48,214 nt of DNA from an uncultured Burkholderiales bacterium (GCA_964502185.1 CAZCVW010000001.1:1-48214); one strand, 5' to 3'. Shown: positions 34,904 to 46,414, counted from the stretch's first letter. Notes: a model not told the origin generated them from the sequence alone. A program made the numbers and translations.

Positions 34904-35539
34904 ATGACGCTTCTCGCTTGCTCATCTGACACCAACACCTGGCTCGCAGGGCATACCTGCGTGCGGGTGGTCGCGCTTCGGGATCCCGTGGTGGAGGCGG
35001 TCGGATTCGACGCCCGCAGCGGGTACGTGGAGGCGTATTGGTTGTGCATTCTCGGGCCGACGGCTCTCTTCACCCTGCGGAGGTTGTCCGAGGGCCTCAT
35101 CCGCCAGCCGGAGGGGTTCTCCGTTGAGCTCAGCCAGTTGGCCCGGGAGCTCGGGCTGGGGGATGGCACCGGGCGTCACGCTCCGGTCGTGAAGGCGGTT
35201 TCCCGATTGGTCGTCTTCAACCTGGCGGCCGTGGAGGGAGACACGCTCGCCGTGCGGCGCAGCGTCCCGCCACTGGCCCGTCGCCATCTCGCCCGGCTCC
35301 CCCGAGACCTGGCCGAGCGCCACCGGGCCGAGATGCAGGCACCGTCAGCGACGTGCTCGGCGGGACCGTCCCGCTCCGACGTTGACGGTTCCGAGACCTG
35401 GGCCGAGCCGGTTGGGAACAACCACCCGGCCCACCGGCGAGCGGGGGCGGTCGGTGTCGGGGAAGCCCGGCCGCCCTCACAGCCGGTCCGACCTGCCCTG
35501 TTGAGGTTTCCGTTGAGTCCACGAGAGGAGACAGCATGA
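34904..35539 (+). CDS. hypothetical protein of the mobilisation backbone
   Basis: 211 aa with a GGAGG RBS. Its stop overlaps the next start (ATGA at 35536-35539). Confidence 0.6.
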   Translation: MTLLACSSDTNTWLAGHTCVRVVALRDPVVEAVGFDARSGYVEAYWLCILGPTALFTLRRLSEGLIRQPEGFSVELSQLARELGLGDGTGRHAPVVKAVSRLVVFNLAAVEGDTLAVRRSVPPLARRHLARLPRDLAERHRAEMQAPSATCSAGPSRSDVDGSETWAEPVGNNHPAHRRAGAVGVGEARPPSQPVRPALLRFPLSPREETA

Positions 35540-36252
35540 CCATCCGCACGATCACCATCACCGGCGCTCGCGGTGGGCAGGGTACGTCGACCGTGGCGGC
35601 CGCCGTCGCCCTGTTCGCCGCCGGCCACGCCCGTACTGTCCTCGCGTCCGCCGACCCCCGCGCCATGGCCGCCCTGCTCGCTGTGCCAGCCCGGGCAGCG
35701 GACGACGAGATCGAGATCACCCCCACGCTCCGGCTCGCCGACCGGCCCTCCGCCGATGACGAGGTCCTGGTCGTCGACGCCGGCACGTCGTCCTCAGTCG
35801 CCGGGGAGGACGACGGGGGAGAGCGCTACGTGGTCCTGCGCGGGCCCTGCTACCTGGCCCTGGCCAGCCTGGTCGCAGCGCCCGGTCCGCTACCCGATGG
35901 CGTGATCCTCCTCGCCGAGGCGGGCCGCAGCCTGACGGCCACAGACGTGACCGAGGTGCTCGGCGTCCCCGTCGTGGCCACCGTCGAGGTCAACCCCGCC
36001 GTCGCCCGCACCATCGACGCCGGACTCCTCCCCGCGCGCCTCCACCGACTCCACCCGTTCAAGTCCCTCCGCACCCTCGCCTGCACGACGACAACCAGCC
36101 CCACGACCGCCACCCCGGCACGATCCCGACCCCACGCTCCCGTCTCCGCCTGTCAAACCCCGACTCCCCCCGAATCGCGCCACACAGACTTGCCGTTTCC
36201 GCCGAGGCGGAAACGGCGTTGTGCCGTGAGCGCGGTCAAGAACGTCACCTGA
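35536..36252 (+). CDS. ParA/MinD/CpaE-like protein with a degenerate P-loop
   Basis: ITITGARGGQGTSTVAAAVAL lacks the Walker Lys. The C-terminal tail is Pro/Thr-rich. Confidence 0.5.
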   Translation: MTIRTITITGARGGQGTSTVAAAVALFAAGHARTVLASADPRAMAALLAVPARAADDEIEITPTLRLADRPSADDEVLVVDAGTSSSVAGEDDGGERYVVLRGPCYLALASLVAAPGPLPDGVILLAEAGRSLTATDVTEVLGVPVVATVEVNPAVARTIDAGLLPARLHRLHPFKSLRTLACTTTTSPTTATPARSRPHAPVSACQTPTPPESRHTDLPFPPRRKRRCAVSAVKNVT

Positions 36253-36332
36253 TCGCGTGTCGGGTTCCGGCCTCGCCATGCGCATAGGGCCCCGTGGAGG
36301 CGAAGGGCGTCTCCGCAGGAGGACCCCGACCC

Positions 36333-39300
36333 GTGCTCAACATCGGCCGGCTCAGTCCCGGCGCCGCCGACTATTACCTCGATGAGGTGGCCACCTCGCC
36401 GGAGTCGTACTACCTCGGTCACGGCGAGGCCGCCGGGCGCTGGGTCGGTTCGCTGGCCGAGCAGCTGGGCTTGCGGGGCGAGGTCGGGGAAGGTGAGTTT
36501 CGGGCGCTCCTCGACGGGCGGCACCCGAAGACGGGCGAGCAGCTCCTCTCCGGCCGAGGCTCGTCCGGGCGGAGCTGGCGTCAACGATCCTCCTCCGATC
36601 CCCGCCAGGGTTCGCTCCTCCACGACGACCTTCTCGACGTACCTCGGGTGGCGGCTCGCCTCAAGCTCACGACCCGCCGGGTGCGCCAGCTCCTGTGCGC
36701 CGGCGAGCGCCAGCCACGGACGGGGAAGCGTTGTCGGCTCTTCCTGGTGGGTGAGCGTGCCCGGGAGGCTGGATCCACCCGCCCAGCCGCGTGGGTCGTC
36801 CGCCGGGCCGAGGTGGAGCGCTTCGAGGCTGTCCATCGGTCAACCAAGGCCCGGCCGGGTTACGACCTCACGTTGCGCCCGCCGAAGAGCGTGAGCATCC
36901 TCTGGGCGCTGGGCACCGAGGAGCAGCGCCGGGCTGTCCGCCAGGCTCACCGTGAGGCCGTCGACGCCGTGGTCGACTACTACGAGGCCCACGCCGTCTA
37001 CGCCCGCCGTGGTAGCCGCGACCGGGGTCGGATCGAGACCGAGGGTCTCGTGGCGGCCGCCTTCGATCACCGCACCAGCCGGGCCGGTGATCCACTTCTC
37101 CACAGTCACGTGGTCGCGGCCAACATGACCCTGACCGCTGAGGGGCGCTGGCAGGCCGTGGAGGGACGGGCGCTCTACGAACACGCCCACTCGGGCGGCT
37201 TCCTCTACCAAGCCCACCTCCGCCACGCCCTGACCGCCGCCCTCGGCGTGCGTTGGACCACGGTGAGCAAGGGCTGCGCCGAAGTCGAGGGTGTCCCCCA
37301 ACCGGTCATCCGGGCCTTCTCCAAGCGCCGGGACGAGATCGAGGATCTGGTGGCCGAGTCGGGTTGGACCTCGCCCCGGGCCCACCAGGCCGCCGCCCTC
37401 GCCACCCGGGCGCCGAAGGACCACCTCACCGACGCCGCCACCCTGGAGGACGGATGGCGGGCCGAAGCGGCAGAACTCGGGTTCGGACCCGAGGACGTGG
37501 CCGCCTGCTTCGGCACGCCCAGGATTGTCGAGGAGCCCGACGTGGAGGCCCTCTTCGAGGCCATGGGCGGCTCGCAGGGGCTCACCGCCCAGGCCAGCAC
37601 GTTCACCCGCCGGGACGTGGTCGAGGCGCTGGCCGCCGGCCTCTCGGCGTCGGCGGATGCCCGCCGGGTCGAAGCGCTGGCCGACCGGTTCCTGGCCTCG
37701 GCCCGAGCGCAGCCCCTCACCGGCACGCCGGGCCGGGACAGCGACCTGGTTTGGCGGACGGGCGGCGGTCGAGAACGCTCCCCGGACCTCGCCCGGTTCT
37801 CGACCCCCGAGCTCCTCGAGGTCGAGGCGCGCCTCCTCGACTGGGGCCGGGAAGGCTTCGGGCCGGCGGTCCCGGTGGCCTCTCCCGGCGCGGTCGATGA
37901 GGCGTTGCACCTCCGGCCCGAGCTGAGCGACGAGCAGCGGGCCATGGTCCAGGGCGCGTGCACCTCCGGGCGCTCGATGCAGGCGGTGGCCGGGCGGCCG
38001 GGGGCGGGGAAGACCCACGCCGCCGCCGCCTGTGTCGAGGCCTTCGTCGCCTCAGGCGTTCCCGTTGCCGGCTGCGCCCTCTCGGCCACCGCCGCCGCCC
38101 AGCTCGAGTCCGCCACCCGACTCGAGGTCCTCACCGGCCGCCCGGCCACCACCATCGCCCGTCTCCTGCTCGACGTGGAGGGCAACGGGCCGCTCCCGCC
38201 GGGAACGGTCCTGTTCGTGGATGAAGCCTCCATGGTCGGCACCCGTGACCTGGCCCGCCTCGCCGGCCACGTCGCTCGGGCGGGTGGAGCGCTCAAGCTG
38301 ATCGGTGACCCCGACCAGCACGGCCCGGTGGAGACGGGGGGAGTCTTCCGGGTGCTGGTGGCCGAGGCGGGCGACGATCTCGTGTCCCTCGTCGAGAACC
38401 ACCGGCAGATCGAACCGGAGGACCGCCGGGCGATCGAGGAGTACCGCCAAGAACTCGTGGAGTCGGCCCTTGCCCGCTACGACGCCGCCGGGAAGGTCTT
38501 CCGCTCCCCGGACGCCACCGCCAGCTACGACGCCATGGTTGCCGATTGGCTGGACGGGCGGCGGCGGGGCGTGGCCGACCCGATGATCGCCGGGCCCAAC
38601 CGGGTGCGGCGCGCCCTCAACGCCCGGGCCCGCCAGCGTCTCAAGGCCGAGGGTGACCTGACCGGCCCGGCCGTGGTCGTCGACGGGCGCGAGTTCTGCG
38701 TCGGCGACTGGGTGGTGACCCGCCACAACGCCCGGTCCCTTTGCAATCCGGACACGGGCGCCTTCGTCAAGAACGGCAGCGTCGGGACGGTCACCGCCGT
38801 CGACCCGGAGGCCCGGACCCTCACCGTTGAGTTCGCCTCCGAGGGCCGGATCACCCTGCCCGCTCCGTACATCGACGGCGGATGGGTCGAGCACGGCTAC
38901 GCCCGCACGACCTATGGGGTGCAGGGCACCACCCTCACGAGAGCGCTCTACCACCCAGGCGACGCCTCGTCGTTCGAGGAGGGCTACGTGGCCCTCACCC
39001 GGGGCGGGGCCGAAACCCGGATCTACATCGTGGACGGCGCGCTCGTCCCCGACGAGGAGGTCGGTCACCGGGCGCATGACCCCGAGGAGCGCGGCCTCGA
39101 CACCGTCTGCCAGGCCCTCGAAGCGCGCCGATCCAAGACGCTCGCCCACGAGGCCGACCCGACCGCCACCGTGGTACGAAACCTCTTCGACGGCTGGGAT
39201 CTCCAGGCCCTACGCAAGGAGCGCAAGCGCCTCGAAGCCGTCCTCTGGCGAGCACCAGCCAGCGTCGACCAGGCCCTCCAGGCGGCCATCCTGAGACGCG

Positions 39301-39803
39301 ACGCCCTCCTCGCCCAGCGCCAGGCGTGGACCCGCCGCCTCGAACAACCCAACCTGCGGACCGGGCACCCAAGAGCCAGAGCACGCACGAGGAACGCGAC
39401 GCCCCGCCGTGAACTCGAACGCATCGAACGCGCCATCGTCGCTGTCGATGCTCGCCTGGCCGCCATCCGAAACCGGCATGCCACCAGACAGGCTTACCTC
39501 GGTGCGCACGCCGAGGAGACGAAGCGACTCGGCCTCGTGCGGCGGGCGGAATCGGCCAGGGAACTGAAGGTCCGGGTCGAGGCCGCCGTCCGACTCGGGT
39601 GCCCCGAGATCTTCCACGCTGCCAGCGAGCGAAATCTCGCCCGTCACAACGCCGAGCGTGCCCTCCTCGAGGCTGAGCGCCGGGGAAGCACGGCCACAGG
39701 CGCCGCTCCGCTGGACTCGCTCTACGAGGAGACAGCCCGCCGCCGACCCGTTCGACCAGCCACCGCCGAAGTCGTCGGGCCCGACGAGCCCTCACTCTTC
39801 TGA
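36333..39803 (+). CDS. MobF (TrwC/TraA-type) relaxase fused to a RecD-like helicase
   Basis: GTG at 36333 lies 8 nt after GCAGGAGGA. Relaxase motifs include FDHRTSRAGDPLLHSHVV. Helicase P-loop GRPGAGKT. Confidence 0.9.
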   Translation: MLNIGRLSPGAADYYLDEVATSPESYYLGHGEAAGRWVGSLAEQLGLRGEVGEGEFRALLDGRHPKTGEQLLSGRGSSGRSWRQRSSSDPRQGSLLHDDLLDVPRVAARLKLTTRRVRQLLCAGERQPRTGKRCRLFLVGERAREAGSTRPAAWVVRRAEVERFEAVHRSTKARPGYDLTLRPPKSVSILWALGTEEQRRAVRQAHREAVDAVVDYYEAHAVYARRGSRDRGRIETEGLVAAAFDHRTSRAGDPLLHSHVVAANMTLTAEGRWQAVEGRALYEHAHSGGFLYQAHLRHALTAALGVRWTTVSKGCAEVEGVPQPVIRAFSKRRDEIEDLVAESGWTSPRAHQAAALATRAPKDHLTDAATLEDGWRAEAAELGFGPEDVAACFGTPRIVEEPDVEALFEAMGGSQGLTAQASTFTRRDVVEALAAGLSASADARRVEALADRFLASARAQPLTGTPGRDSDLVWRTGGGRERSPDLARFSTPELLEVEARLLDWGREGFGPAVPVASPGAVDEALHLRPELSDEQRAMVQGACTSGRSMQAVAGRPGAGKTHAAAACVEAFVASGVPVAGCALSATAAAQLESATRLEVLTGRPATTIARLLLDVEGNGPLPPGTVLFVDEASMVGTRDLARLAGHVARAGGALKLIGDPDQHGPVETGGVFRVLVAEAGDDLVSLVENHRQIEPEDRRAIEEYRQELVESALARYDAAGKVFRSPDATASYDAMVADWLDGRRRGVADPMIAGPNRVRRALNARARQRLKAEGDLTGPAVVVDGREFCVGDWVVTRHNARSLCNPDTGAFVKNGSVGTVTAVDPEARTLTVEFASEGRITLPAPYIDGGWVEHGYARTTYGVQGTTLTRALYHPGDASSFEEGYVALTRGGAETRIYIVDGALVPDEEVGHRAHDPEERGLDTVCQALEARRSKTLAHEADPTATVVRNLFDGWDLQALRKERKRLEAVLWRAPASVDQALQAAILRRDALLAQRQAWTRRLEQPNLRTGHPRARARTRNATPRRELERIERAIVAVDARLAAIRNRHATRQAYLGAHAEETKRLGLVRRAESARELKVRVEAAVRLGCPEIFHAASERNLARHNAERALLEAERRGSTATGAAPLDSLYEETARRRPVRPATAEVVGPDEPSLF

Positions 39804-40132
39804 GCCATCGCCTTCTTGAACAGCCGGGTGTGCAACCCGTCCGGACCGGTGCGGAAACGCTCATGGGCCGCCTGCCGGCTCATCCCGAGCGCCATCCCAA
39901 CCTGCTCCCAGGTGGCTCCGTCGACGTCCCGGGCAGCCATGACCTCGGATCGGGCGAGGCGGTCGGCAGCCTCGGCCAGCAGAAGAGCGGCTGCCGCAGC
40001 ATCCAGGTGGGGCTGGCCCTCGACCAGCCGCCTTGAAAGAGCCCGCGAACCCAAGAGCTGCCCGACGGCGACCCGCGCCGCATCCATCGGTACACGGTGC
40101 ACGGCAGGGGTCAGCGTCTTTCCCATGGCCAT
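39722..40132 (-). CDS. small HTH protein
   Basis: ...ARDVDGATWEQVGMALGMSRQAAHERF... is HTH-like. Start taken at M39. The 3' end overlaps the relaxase 3' end by 82 nt. Confidence 0.45.
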   Translation of the reverse strand: MAMGKTLTPAVHRVPMDAARVAVGQLLGSRALSRRLVEGQPHLDAAAAALLLAEAADRLARSEVMAARDVDGATWEQVGMALGMSRQAAHERFRTGPDGLHTRLFKKAMAQKSEGSSGPTTSAVAGRTGRRRAVSS

Positions 40133-40257
40133 CCAGCGTAGCCGCCCACGAGCAGCTGTCAGAGACACCCTGACACGGGGCCGAAACTCCAACATGAAAT
40201 TGCGCGAACTGCCTGCATTTTGAGGCGCCACCGATCCGGTTGTCACGACCGAACACC

Positions 40258-40287
40258 GTGCTAACCCAGTGCTAACCCAGGGTTAAC
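40258..40287 (+). repeat. double box GTGCTAACCCA x2 plus an inverted half-site
   Basis: GTGCTAACCCAGTGCTAACCCAGGGTTAAC, about 125 nt upstream of the HTH gene start. Confidence 0.7.
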
Positions 40288-40339
40288 GGCCCCGGTGCTC
40301 CTGAAGCTACGGCGAGCCGCAAGGTAGCTGTCGCAGCAA

Positions 40340-41500
40340 GGGGGCGGTGCTGCGCTGCCTGCCTGGTTCACCGGCCGCTGGGATCGGTTATGCGGCGAGA
40401 TCGAGGTGGGTCTCCATGTCCAAGGCGAAGCGGCCGTAGGGGTTGACGTGGGTCCAGAACAAGGGGGACAACCCCCGGCGGTCCTCGCCGGTCAAGCGGG
40501 ACGCCCAGGACTGCTCGGCGAGGACCCGTTGGATCAGGAGAGAGTGTCGTGGTACACGAGCGCGGATTGCAGGAGGTGCAGGTGTTGAGCATGGAGACCT
40601 CTTGGTGTTCCCGGTCAGCCCCGGTGAGCTCGCTCTCCCTGCCGAAGTAGAGGACGGTATTGGCGCTGTTCCAGTTCTCGATGACCTGGAGGCCCTCGTG
40701 GATCTCCCGGCGCAGGGCAGGGTCGGCGAGGTAGTTGCAGATGAAGATGGTTCGGGCGACCCGACCGAGCTCCTCGACGGCGGCGTGGGTGGGGTGCTTG
40801 GGACCGCCCCGGGTGAATCGGCGAAGCACCTGCTCGGCCTCGGCGGTGCCCAGACGCAGGGCGGTGGCGTACTTGACGAGCTGGTCGTACTGGCGAGCGA
40901 TCAGCTCCCAGTCGATGGGCCGGGTAAGCACCCGGCCCAGCCGGGGCCAGGCCTCGTCACCGGGCCCGGGGCGATACAAGCGGGCCGACGCGATGTTCTT
41001 GAGGCGGGGCAAGAGCTGGAAGCCAAGTAGGTGAGCGAAGGCGAAACCCACCACCGAGGCGCCGTGGGTGTCGACGTAGTTGCGCTCCACCTCGGCCGAC
41101 GTGCAATGCCGGAGCACCCCCTCGAGTATGGCGGCGACCTCGGACGCCGAGCACGCCTTGAGCTGGCTGTAGATGCAGACACTCTTGCGTTCGACGTGCC
41201 AGTAGATCATGACCCCGGGCCCCCAGTAGCGGTTGTGCCACTCGGTCATCAGGTTGGCGTCCCAGGCACCGAACTTCTTCGAATCCGACGCGCACGCCGT
41301 CCCGCTACCCCACAGACCCTGGTCACGAGCCGCGAAGGTGGCGTCCACGAGGCGCACGATCGCCCGGCGCAGGTTGTCCCGGTTGACGTAGAGACGCCGC
41401 ACGTGACGCAACACCGCCTCGCTGTCCCCGACGTCGGCGGCTTCGACAAGATTTGGCCCCGGGCTGGGGGCTCGGCCACCGGCGACGGCGGTCGTCGTCT
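40340..41500 (-). mobile_element. Tn3-family transposon remnant (C-terminal third of TnpA, frameshifted, N-terminus deleted)
   Basis: ...[15 protein letters not shown]...[11 protein letters not shown]...YVDTHG...[12 protein letters not shown]... is the Tn3 DDE region. The tail [50 protein letters not shown] (stop at 40388) is reached only through two frameshifts near 40585 and 40540. A candidate terminal IR starts with GGGGG at 40340. Confidence 0.75.
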
Positions 41501-41629
41501 ATGAGGTAGACCGGGGTCGGAAAACGGGCCTAGGCCATTCGGGATCAATGGTCAAGGAGTTGCCCGAATGTGCCGATAGTTTGGAGGACAATTCGTGTGA
41601 GGGTCACTCGACCCTGGCGATGCGTTCTT

Positions 41630-41717
41630 AGCGACAACGGTAAACCCGGGGAAACCCGGGGACACAAAGCCACGGGTCTAATCCGCGACCAGCGGTATGG
41701 CAGCCGGGCCGCCGAAC
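41630..41717 (+). ncRNA. c-di-GMP-I (GEMM-I) riboswitch
   Basis: ACGGTAAACC-[CCGGG-GAAA-CCCGG]-GGACACAAAGCCACGGG...CCGCGACCAGCGG...GCCGGGCCGCCGAAC follows the Vc2-type consensus GGCAAACC-hairpin-GGGACGCAAAGCC. It sits 12 nt upstream of a GGDEF-EAL gene. Confidence 0.8.
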
Positions 41718-41728
41718 TAGGAGCACCC

Positions 41729-44113
41729 ATGAACTCGACCAACCGCCCAGCGCGGGCCACTGCCCGCGATCTCCGGAGAGCCGCAACCAGGCGAGCGACT
41801 TCGAACTCGATCAGTCCGCCGCCCGGGGCCGCAGAGTCCATGGTCTGGGTCGTCTACCTGGCGCTCGGCGCGGCCGGCATCGGTATCTACTATCTCCTGC
41901 CGAGAGCCGGCGTCGCCCAGGCCGTGCTGCTGGCTTTTCTGAACGCGATGTCGGTGGGCGCCGCCTGCCGGGCTGCGATACGGACGGGCGGGCTCACGCG
42001 TCTGGTGTGGGCATCACTCGGCGTGGCGATGTCGCTGTCGACGCTGGCCAACGTGCCCTATTACGGGTTCCCGTTGATCACCGGACGTCCGCTCCCGTTC
42101 CCTTGTCCGGTTGACGTTCTTTCGCTCTCGACCTACCCATGCTTCATGGTCGCTCTCATGGCACTGGCACGGCAGCGCCGCCGAGGGGAGCGCGGCGGGG
42201 ATGCGCTCGATGCAACGATCCTGATCGTCGGTGGAGCCTCCCTGATGTGGGAGTTCGTCATCGCTCCAGTCGTTCATTCGAGCGGAGTCCCTCTTCTGGC
42301 CCATGTCGTGGCCGTCGCCTACCCTACGATGGATCTCGTCGTGTTCGCGATGCTGGTTCGCCTCGTCGTCGCGGTGTCGGGCAGGAGCGCATCCATGCGG
42401 TTGCTGCTGGCCAGCTTCGTGTCGCTTCTTGCTGCCGACGTCGTGTACGCGCTCCAAGTGTCGGCCGGTACGTACACGTTCGGTGGTCCCCCGGACGGCC
42501 TCTGGATGGCCTCCTACCTGCTCATCGGAGTCGCCGCACTCCATCCGTCTGCACGCGGGTTCCGCCGCCAGCCCCGTTCGACCGAGCATCGCATGTCGCG
42601 GGGTCGGATCGCCTTCCTCTGCGGGTCCGTTCTCACAGGTCCGGTCCTGGCGGCGAGCCGGCCTCGGGACCTGGTGGTCGTGGCCGGCACCTCCGCCCTG
42701 TCGTTCCTCCTCGTCATGGCCCGAACGACCCTGCTCAACCGCCAGCTCGTCTCCGTCAGCGTGCAGCTCGAGACGCGGGCGTCGACCGACTCGCTCACTG
42801 GTCTCGCCAACCGGGCGGCGTTCCGCGCTCGCCTGGAGGCGGTCCTGGCCCGGCCTGAGCGGCGGGGAGGTACCCAGGCGGTGCTGTTCGTGGACCTGGA
42901 CGACTTCAAGGACGTGAACGACACCCTCGGTCACGCGGCGGGTGACGAGCTCCTGTGTGTGGTGGCCGCCCGCCTTCACGACACCGTGCGACCGGGGGAC
43001 CTGGTCGCCCGCCTCGGCGGCGATGAGTTCGCTCTCCTTATTGACGGCGTCCCCGACCCGGACGTGGCGCTCAGCGTCGCGGAGCGGGCGGTGGTCGCCC
43101 TGGCCGCACCGGTGGAGATCGCCGGCACCTGGGTCCACGTGGGTGCCAGCCTGGGGCTGGCCATGCGCCACGACGACAGCGACCCGGAGAGCTTCATGCG
43201 CGAGGCCGACGTGGCCATGTACACAGCCAAGGGCCGGGGCAAGAACCGGGTCGAGCGCTATGACGCCACCCTCCACGACGCCGTCGTCGCCCACCAGTCG
43301 CTCAAGGCGGAGGTGGCCGACGCGGCCCGACGCGGCGAGCTCGTTGTCGACTACCAACCCATGGTCGACCTCGCCACCGGAACGCTCGTGGGCGTGGAGG
43401 CGCTGGTGCGCTGGCAGCACCCCACCCGGGGTCTGCTGCCTCCCTCCGCGTTCATCGACCTCGCCGAAGAGACCGGGGCCATCGTCGGTATCGGCTCGTG
43501 GGTGCTCGAGACGGCGGCCCGCCAGCTCCAGAGCTGGCAGCGCCGCTACGCCCTCCCCGAACTCTGGCTTTCGGTCAACGTGTCGGTGTCCGAGCTCGAC
43601 GATGCGGGTTTCGCCGACCACGTCGGCGACGTACTCCGCCGCATCGGACTGGACCCCAGCCACCTCATCGTGGAGGTCACCGAGTCCGTCCTCGCCGATC
43701 CCGCCGGCGGGGCCGCGGCATCCCTCGAGACGCTGCGCCAACTCGGAGTGCAGGTGGCCATCGACGACTTCGGCACCGGCTACTCCTCAATCCGCTACCT
43801 GCGTCAACTCCCCGTCGACATCCTCAAGATCGACCGCTCCTTCGTCTCCGGCGACGAGGCCAGCCACCGAGGTGATGTGCTGCTCGAGGCGATCGTCGAA
43901 TTCGCCAAGCGCCTCGGACTCGACGTCATTCCCGAGGGCATCGAAGAACCCGACCAGCTCGCCCGGCTCCAAGCGCTCGGCTGTCGGACGGGACAGGGCT
44001 TCCTCCTCTCCCGACCCGTCCCCGCCGCCACCATCGACGGATTGCTCGCCGCCCGTTCGCCTCTGCTGCCCCTGGGCCTCACCGCGGTCGACCGGAGCGT
44101 CCAGGTGGGGTAA
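41729..44113 (+). CDS. membrane-anchored GGDEF-EAL (diguanylate cyclase/phosphodiesterase) protein
   Basis: ATG at 41729 after AGGAG. About 8 TM helices, then RLGGDEFALL and an EAL domain (VGVEALVRW). Confidence 0.9.
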   Translation: MNSTNRPARATARDLRRAATRRATSNSISPPPGAAESMVWVVYLALGAAGIGIYYLLPRAGVAQAVLLAFLNAMSVGAACRAAIRTGGLTRLVWASLGVAMSLSTLANVPYYGFPLITGRPLPFPCPVDVLSLSTYPCFMVALMALARQRRRGERGGDALDATILIVGGASLMWEFVIAPVVHSSGVPLLAHVVAVAYPTMDLVVFAMLVRLVVAVSGRSASMRLLLASFVSLLAADVVYALQVSAGTYTFGGPPDGLWMASYLLIGVAALHPSARGFRRQPRSTEHRMSRGRIAFLCGSVLTGPVLAASRPRDLVVVAGTSALSFLLVMARTTLLNRQLVSVSVQLETRASTDSLTGLANRAAFRARLEAVLARPERRGGTQAVLFVDLDDFKDVNDTLGHAAGDELLCVVAARLHDTVRPGDLVARLGGDEFALLIDGVPDPDVALSVAERAVVALAAPVEIAGTWVHVGASLGLAMRHDDSDPESFMREADVAMYTAKGRGKNRVERYDATLHDAVVAHQSLKAEVADAARRGELVVDYQPMVDLATGTLVGVEALVRWQHPTRGLLPPSAFIDLAEETGAIVGIGSWVLETAARQLQSWQRRYALPELWLSVNVSVSELDDAGFADHVGDVLRRIGLDPSHLIVEVTESVLADPAGGAAASLETLRQLGVQVAIDDFGTGYSSIRYLRQLPVDILKIDRSFVSGDEASHRGDVLLEAIVEFAKRLGLDVIPEGIEEPDQLARLQALGCRTGQGFLLSRPVPAATIDGLLAARSPLLPLGLTAVDRSVQVG

Positions 44114-44312
44114 GCGCGGTGTGCTGCTCATGCCAAGGGCGGGAGCGGCCCGGGGCGGGCGAAGAAGTCGCCCTCACCGAGGCCCACGCCCAGGGCCCGG
44201 AGAGCCTCCACTGAACCCCTGCTCATGGAGAGCCCGCCGCACCGAGCCAACATCGTCGGCCAGAGTTCCGGCTCGTCGGGGTCGGTGCCTTCCACTCGGG
44301 CACCGTGCAGCT

Positions 44313-45770
<1,458 letters not shown>

Positions 45771-46387
45771 GTTGCTCGGCCAGGAGGTCCTCCACCTCGG
45801 CTTCCAGTTCGGCTTGCCGTTTCACGATCAGGTTGTAGCTCATGGCTTTATGGCGACTGGCCGCCGCCCGAACCTTCGTCCCGTCGATCGCTACCCGGCC
45901 CAGCTTGACCAGCCCCGCCCTGGCGCACAGCTCAAGGACCTGCACGAACAGCGCCTTGACCGCCTTGAGGTGCCGGCGGCGGAACCGGGAGATCGAGCGG
46001 TAGTCCGGCGCGACGTTCCCGGACAAGAACCGGAACGCCACGTCGGTGGCGCAGCGCCGCTCGATCTCCCGCGACGACGTCACCCCGCTGGCATAGGCAT
46101 ACATCAACAGCTTGAGCATCAACCGGGGGTGATACGGCGGCGCCCCCGACGCCTCGGTGTACGAGGCGTAGATCGGGGGTCAGATCCAACATCTCGTCCA
46201 CCAACTCCGACACGAACCAGGCCGGGTGATCCTCAGGCAGCCAATCATCCAACGACGGCGGCATCAAGAACACCTGACCCGGGTCATACGACCGGAACGT
46301 CTTCGCCGCCGCCGGCCTCGGAGCAGCCGCCCCATCCACGACCGGCGGTGCCTCGAACAGCCGCTCCCCACACGAACCAGAGGTCAT
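45771..46387 (-). mobile_element. IS1182/IS5-type transposase N-terminal remnant
   Basis: YDPGQVFLMPPSLDDWLPEDHPAWFV... and ...MMLKLLMYAYASGVTSSREIERRC...AIDGTKVRAAASRHKAMSY. There is a frameshift at a C5 run near 46170 and the DDE domain is absent. Confidence 0.75.
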
Positions 46388-46414
46388 GACATGAGTCTCA
46401 TCAACCCGACCCGG

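Noticed and set aside
36840-39864. Minus-strand ORFs of 290-390 aa (36840-38018, 37205-38296, 38052-39149, 38995-39864) inside the relaxase gene.
   Set aside because: They are shadow ORFs. The plus frame carries the relaxase His triad and the helicase P-loop.
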